A DNA stretch of 62,891 nucleotides. Source: Thermoplasmatota archaeon (GTDB lineage: Archaea > Thermoplasmatota > E2 > DHVEG-1). Shown here piece by piece: positions 59,241 to 62,891 of the stretch. The stretch's first letter is position 1. Each line of letters starts with the position of its first letter. The notes beneath the pieces were generated by a model, which had not been told where the DNA came from, searched no databases, and saw only the letters and a list, made by a program, of their open reading frames with translations. Position numbers and translations under genes: made by a program. The stretch covers positions 1 through 62,891 of the forward strand of contig JAUWBM010000003.1 of NCBI GenBank assembly GCA_030601705.1, read 5' to 3'.

Positions 59241-59990
59241 ATGACGTTATCTGACAAAAAAAGTAAGAGAAAGAAAATAATAAAACAAAAAAATATCTCT
59301 ATGGTGCTCAGTCAGCCATGGGCAAAAAAGATGCTTTTGCCCTATGAATTTGGAGAAGAGGGGAAAAAAGTTCTCAGCTTTACAGAGTTCAAGGATATAT
59401 TGAAAACGAGCAATAAAGTCGTCAGTAATCACTTGAAAGAATTGTGTGATATCGGATTTTTACGACATGTTAAAAAGGGGGAAGGATATGTTTATTCGAA
59501 ACAATTTCCATTATGTTATATCTTTAAATATGAGGATTTGAGACTGATTCATGACTCTCCAGTAGAATCGATATATTCAATAACAATGCCATACAAAGAA
59601 ACGAAAGAAGGAATGGTGAGTGTAAGGCATCTTTCTATATACGGACTCAAAAAATCCAATCCAGGTCTGGATGATATTATTGTACCCCTGCTCAAGAAAT
59701 TGCACCAATATATCAATTCCATGTATGACGAAGAACTTCAAATCATCGTTAATGATGAATGCAGAAAAATCAAGAATGAACATGTGGTAGAACTCATCAG
59801 AAAATGGCAATCAAAACTTGTTAAAAACAAACTGTTACATCCATTACGGATTAGAGACGAAATCGAACCAGTGAAAATTCAGTTTGATGTACCTGAAGAA
59901 CACAGAGAAGAATTCAAAGAAATCATAGAAAGACTATGGAGCAAATTTTATAAAGAATGCCCACCAATCGGCATCGTGCTTCGATTTTAG
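59241..59990 (+). CDS. Winged-HTH regulator (HxlR/ArsR-like N-terminus)
   Basis: SFTEF..IL..SNKVVSNHLKEL...GFL. Confidence 0.6.
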   Translation: MTLSDKKSKRKKIIKQKNISMVLSQPWAKKMLLPYEFGEEGKKVLSFTEFKDILKTSNKVVSNHLKELCDIGFLRHVKKGEGYVYSKQFPLCYIFKYEDLRLIHDSPVESIYSITMPYKETKEGMVSVRHLSIYGLKKSNPGLDDIIVPLLKKLHQYINSMYDEELQIIVNDECRKIKNEHVVELIRKWQSKLVKNKLLHPLRIRDEIEPVKIQFDVPEEHREEFKEIIERLWSKFYKECPPIGIVLRF

Positions 59991-60014
59991 GGGCTTCATA
60001 CATGAATATAACGA

Positions 60015-61250
60015 TTAATTTCTCATTTTTTCTAATTCTTGTATCTTTTCCTCCATCTCTTGTAGCTTTTTTAATAACATGTTTCCCATAGACCTTTCAA
60101 ATTCAGGAGTATTAAATATATTCATACCAAGTTTGATAGCTTGCTCCTTATATTGGTCATATTCCATAACGCTTTGCTCATCTAAACCCAGAGAACAGCC
60201 ACTACAGAACTTTGCAGCAGGGTCGTTCTTAATACCGCATCGTGGACATTTAATAGCTTTAAATTTGCTTTCTTTTTTCTCTTCATCCACTAGTCCATGT
60301 AGTTCGAGGATTGCTCTGTCTGTATCCCTTCCGCTTAAATGCACGTAAGTAGCAGCTTCCTGGCTCCCCTGAACCCAGCCCATATACTGGCATAGGTGTG
60401 CTTCGGTAAGTTTCTTTGCAAGTTCTGTAGCTCTACTGTGTCTAAAATGATGGGGATTGAGAGGCTTATCTATACCTGATTTTACCCCTAATTCTTTTAA
60501 CAACCGATTTACATGTCTATATTGTAGTTCTTCCCCCCTGTTTTTTGCCCATAGTCCGCAAAATAAGAAGGCGTCTTTATTTTTCCTTTTTGGATGTTCC
60601 AATAGCCAGTTACTTATGGACGGAGCAGATGCAATAACTCTTATTTTTCTTGCTCCAGTCTTACCAAAGAGGTTTATCAATGCCCCATATTTATCGAATT
60701 CAATGTCTTTAATCTTTAATTCTAACAATTCTCCAATCCGTGCTCCAGATTCATAGAGCAGTAAAGCAAGGCATCTATCCCTTAAATTGTTGGCGTAATC
60801 TGCTAATTTCTTGATGTCTTCTACGGTAAACAATTCGCTAGGTAATTTTTTTCTGGATTTTCTGACTTTAATTACAATCCATTTCACCTCATCAGGGTAC
60901 TGTCTTCTATCTAATTCTTGCCCTTCTTCCTCTCTTAACCATTTATAGAAGCGTTTAATGACGACCATATAATCATGTTTTGTCCACTCTTTAAAATCAG
61001 AGTTGTTGATTATGCTACATACCCTCCTGATGTCCTGTTTATTTGCCTTTGAAAAATCTTTTTCAAGCATCTGGGATAGCTTCTTGAGAGTATAGATATA
61101 TTTTATATGTCTGTGGTGTGTTAGCCCCTCAGCCACCAATTGCTCTATAAAGGAAAATATGTGTTCTTTGTTTGCTGGTAATATATCGGACTCGCTCAGT
61201 TTTTCTTTTGCAGTTAGAAATCTATTTTTCAAATTTTTCAAATTTACCAT
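60015..61250 (-). CDS. int: tRNA-targeting tyrosine integrase with a C-terminal Zn ribbon
   Basis: SGARIGE, GKTG, HHFRH, MGW, TYVHL and CPRC...CSGC motifs. Starts 65 bp from attR. Confidence 0.92.
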   Translation of the reverse strand: MVNLKNLKNRFLTAKEKLSESDILPANKEHIFSFIEQLVAEGLTHHRHIKYIYTLKKLSQMLEKDFSKANKQDIRRVCSIINNSDFKEWTKHDYMVVIKRFYKWLREEEGQELDRRQYPDEVKWIVIKVRKSRKKLPSELFTVEDIKKLADYANNLRDRCLALLLYESGARIGELLELKIKDIEFDKYGALINLFGKTGARKIRVIASAPSISNWLLEHPKRKNKDAFLFCGLWAKNRGEELQYRHVNRLLKELGVKSGIDKPLNPHHFRHSRATELAKKLTEAHLCQYMGWVQGSQEAATYVHLSGRDTDRAILELHGLVDEEKKESKFKAIKCPRCGIKNDPAAKFCSGCSLGLDEQSVMEYDQYKEQAIKLGMNIFNTPEFERSMGNMLLKKLQEMEEKIQELEKMRN

Positions 61251-61315
61251 GGTTTATCGGGCGGGATAAGAGGTTACTAGTATATAATATTTGGGGATTT
61301 GTATATCAGTGCCTG

Positions 61316-61332
61316 AATCCCTTCGGCGGCTT
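61316..61332 (+). repeat. attR core
   Basis: AATCCCTTCGGCGGCTT, identical to 21986-22002. Confidence 0.92.
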
Positions 61333-61415
61333 ACCAGATCATTTTTCTTCTGTTAAAACCAATTAGTGTGCTGATTTCATCTCTACAGTCCTTTGCATGG
61401 TTTGGGTTTTGTGGG

Positions 61416-61453
61416 AAGAAAAAAAGGGATTAGAAAAAGAAAAGGAGGGGGAG
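61416..61453 (-). terminator. Oligo(U)-rich terminator after tbp
   Basis: Pyrimidine and T tracts on the minus strand just after the stop. Confidence 0.45.
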
Positions 61454-61457
61454 TTTA

Positions 61458-62006
61458 CTAGTGTATAAGCCCTAGCGATGTTAGTTCTTTTGATAATTTA
61501 TCTACTGCAAGAGATACATCTGATATCTTTTTCGCACCAGTACATACTATTTTACCAGAGCCAAATAGCAGCATAGCCACCTTAGGTTCTCTTATCCTAT
61601 AGACCAGTCCTGGGAACTGCTCAGGTTCATATTCCACGTTTTCTAAACCAAGAGCCATAGCAACTTCATTAAGATTAAGCTCTCCACCTAGATCAGATAT
61701 TGCTACAATATTTTGTATTACTATTTCAGGATCCTTATGAACATCTACACCTAATTTTTTCAGCTTTTCTGCGATTATAGCTATAGTGGCTCTCACATCT
61801 TCGATATTTTTAGCACCGGTACAGTTGGCTTTTCCACTTCTAAAAAGAAGTGTCGCAGTCTTTGGATGTGCCAATCTGTAAACTAATCCGGGAAACTGTT
61901 CTGGTTCATATTCGGCTTCTTCTAGAGATTGTGCTATTACGTCTAAATCCAATTTTTCTGAAAAAGATGTAGATGCTACAATGTTTTCTACTTTTACTTC
62001 CGGCAT
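61458..62006 (-). CDS. tbp: TATA-box-binding protein (canonical)
   Basis: Two repeats of NIVA...YEPEQFPGLVYR...LF.SGK..CTGAK. Confidence 0.96.
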   Translation of the reverse strand: MPEVKVENIVASTSFSEKLDLDVIAQSLEEAEYEPEQFPGLVYRLAHPKTATLLFRSGKANCTGAKNIEDVRATIAIIAEKLKKLGVDVHKDPEIVIQNIVAISDLGGELNLNEVAMALGLENVEYEPEQFPGLVYRIREPKVAMLLFGSGKIVCTGAKKISDVSLAVDKLSKELTSLGLIH

Positions 62007-62022
62007 ATCTTTTTCATCCTTT

Positions 62023-62559
62023 CTATAATATTCCTAAAGACGAGAGTTTATCCGTCATTCTATCTATAGCGGTCGATATTTCTTCCGATTCTGTTCCGTT
62101 ACAAACAATTTTTCCCGAATCAAAAAGAAGTATAACTGCGTTTGGGTCATCCGGCTTATAAATCAACCCTGGGAAATGTTCAGGATCATATTCTACATTT
62201 TCTAATGAATTTGCAATTGAACGTAAATTAAGATTTTTTTTAATATCTGTTGACGCAACTATGTTCTGTATCTTTATATCTAATTGTTTATATGGCTTTA
62301 CTCCGACACCGTCTAATTTCTCACATATACTTTCTGTTAGTTCATGGGCGTCTTCCATAGTTTTTGGACCTGTAAAAACAACTTTTCCGTTGGAAAAAAG
62401 CATTGCAACAGTTTTAGGTTTTTCAGAATGTATAATAAGAGCTGGAACCTCTTCAGGGTTGTATCTGGAATCGGGGATGACTTCTGCTAACTTGCCGAGA
62501 TCCAACGATTTTGCAATCTGAGTAAAACCTACGACGTTCTCAATTTTTATATCTGCCAT
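62023..62559 (-). CDS. tbp: TATA-box-binding protein paralog (divergent)
   Basis: Two TBP repeats. The first reads YNPEEVPAL instead of YEPEQFPGL. Confidence 0.88.
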   Translation of the reverse strand: MADIKIENVVGFTQIAKSLDLGKLAEVIPDSRYNPEEVPALIIHSEKPKTVAMLFSNGKVVFTGPKTMEDAHELTESICEKLDGVGVKPYKQLDIKIQNIVASTDIKKNLNLRSIANSLENVEYDPEHFPGLIYKPDDPNAVILLFDSGKIVCNGTESEEISTAIDRMTDKLSSLGIL

Positions 62560-62640
62560 AAAAGGAATTTCCCTTCCTGAAGTATATAAAGACTTCTTAT
62601 AAAGATTACGATTTAAAAAACAGAAATCTTAACTCTTAAA

Positions 62641-62655
62641 TAATCCGCCGAAGGG
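62641..62655 (-). repeat. Inverted att-like copy
   Basis: Reverse complement CCCTTCGGCGGATTA matches 61319-61333 (CCCTTCGGCGGCTTA) at 14 of 15 positions. Confidence 0.55.
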
Positions 62656-62851
62656 TGCTATACTAAACGTATAGATTAGTACTCCTAAAACGATATATCA
62701 GACAAGACGAGATTTGAATACACTTTTACCGATAATAAGTTATTATCCAACCCTGTTAACCTAAAATGTAAAATTAAACCAAAGATATTTTGAGGTTTCT
62801 ACCATAATATCTCAAAATACATCAAACTAATAGATTATTAAAACAATAGCA

Positions 62852-62886
62852 GTTATGAAATTGTAGTTTGAGGGAGGAGAAAAACT
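62852..62886 (+). repeat. Start-associated module outside the island
   Basis: GTTATGAAATTGTAGTTTGAGGGAGG followed by ATG at 62887. Confidence 0.7.
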
Positions 62887-62891
62887 ATGAC

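Larger units (their letters stand above)
21986..61332. mobile_element. tRNA-Thr-integrated genomic/defence island (~39.3 kb)
   Basis: 17-bp att direct repeat, an integrase next to attR, accessory cargo, and housekeeping genes on both sides. Confidence 0.92.

Noticed and set aside
21986-61332. Provirus or conjugative element
   Set aside because: No capsid, terminase, packaging ATPase, VirB4 or relaxase was recognised. Divergent ones cannot be fully excluded.
1091-62521. Many antisense or nested ORFs in the track (e.g. 1091-1357, 6528-6869, 18553-18909, 51319-51567, 60079-60348)
   Set aside because: They are shadows of well-supported genes, with no motifs or RBS.

Overview
Archaeal chromosome, probably Thermoplasmatota (inferred from rpl15e, rps15, Pcc1, RaSEA, FBP aldolase/phosphatase, TBPs and gene style). 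Bases 1-21.9 kb are mostly housekeeping genes: tRNA-Arg, ahcY, cysS, fbp, a methanogen-type serS, trmI, serC and rnhB. A ~39.3-kb integrative element sits in tRNA-Thr(CGT), bounded by a 17-bp direct repeat (21986-22002 and 61316-61332), with an intact tyrosine integrase beside attR. Its cargo is defence-like (HaeII-family RM with Vsr and an EVE-like protein, dGTPase, TIR-TM protein, two helicase-nucleases, NucS-type and PD-(D/E)xK nucleases) plus lipoproteins and transglutaminase-like proteins. No capsid or conjugation genes were recognised. The most unusual signal is non-coding. Many unrelated cargo genes are preceded by one conserved module (GTTATGAAATTGTAGATTTGGAGGAGG). The 45.9-50.8 kb region is built from nested inverted repeats, including two copies of a promoter-preceded, ncRNA-like hairpin element. 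The element also carries two further tyrosine recombinases in a mirror-symmetric regulator-recombinase module. Together these suggest a non-integron gene-cassette shuffling system, which is a hypothesis. Two tandem tbp genes follow attR, bracketed by an inverted att-like copy. All calls were made by eye, with no database searches.
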